From assembly GCA_000442015.1 (NCBI GenBank), contig KE561038.1, positions 55,421-75,420 of the forward strand: DNA of 20,000 nucleotides, read 5' to 3'. Shown here one piece after another: positions 19,476 to 20,000 of the stretch (its first letter is position 1; the number at the start of each line of letters is the position of its first letter). The notes below the pieces were generated by a model that worked only from the letters and a program-made list of their open reading frames with translations, made no database searches and was not told where the DNA came from. This DNA is from Rozella allomycis CSF55. Taxonomy: Eukaryota. The translations under genes were made by a program, and so were the position numbers.

Positions 19476-20000
19476 ATGACAAGATGCAAAATTGTGAAAA
19501 AGATAGACCTGTTTGAGCTTTTAGATTCTATTCTGTCCGAAAATGTAGCAATATTATAAGTATTTTATGTAGTTCACAACGACAGGAGAAAAAGAGAATA
19601 AGCCAAAGAACATCCCAACACCTCAAAATCCACTATTTTCAAAGATAGATCCAAGGATACTAGCTATAAAACCTAAAATAACATACGACAAGGATGCTTT
19701 TGATTCTAAATTAATTGTAGAAGCACCTGAAACTGTGAGAAAGCAATCATCTCAAAATATGAAGACTTCAATTGAAAGATTGAATGAGAAATTGAAATTA
19801 AAGTTTAAAGAACAGAGAGAGCGAAAAAAGATGGAAAAAATGAGCCAAAGTGAAATGCAGCAGAGCCAAGAGGAAGAAAATGATGACGATGATGATTGTA
19901 AAAAGAGCACTGTTACCAGTTTAAATTTTGATCCGAATATACCTAGCGATGGTTGGTCTTTGCCTGTTACAGATTCACAAGTTTTGAATGAACCGTCGAG
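19476..20000 (+). CDS. 5' part of a hypothetical charged/coiled-coil protein, truncated by the window end (weakly Mrc1/claspin-like)
   Basis: ATG 19476, intron 19545-19572, then an open frame to the window end with LNEKLKLKFKEQRERKK, several SQ dipeptides and an acidic run. Confidence 0.65.

Overview
AT-rich, very gene-dense eukaryotic DNA. I built 13 protein-coding models by hand, with 41 GT-AG introns of 26-32 nt (all with GTA donors) and intergenic gaps as short as 22-63 bp. This fits a compact early-diverging fungal or fungus-related parasite (Rozella/Cryptomycota-like; inference, not a database result). Genes in order: HECT E3 ligase with a hydrophobic N-terminus, tRNA-Phe/tRNA-Leu tandem, STN1, PCL-type cyclin, orphan type-I membrane protein, RAD3/XPD, orphan secreted protein with NLS, DEK-C/HIRIP3-like chaperone, a multi-TM protein with an in-frame TAA, FAB1/PIKfyve (40-codon duplication at an 'n'), NSA2, a TRIC-like channel, SF3B2/CUS1 and a partial last gene. 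The most interesting region is 14.8-15.6 kb, which the ORF track shows as a 108-aa ORF. Its minus strand instead carries an RNase MRP RNA, a structured trailer, a perfect splice donor and a box C/D snoRNA predicted to guide 18S Am619 (snR47/SNORD36-like). These lie head-to-head with NSA2, and both sides carry a 10-bp CGACCAGGGT motif.
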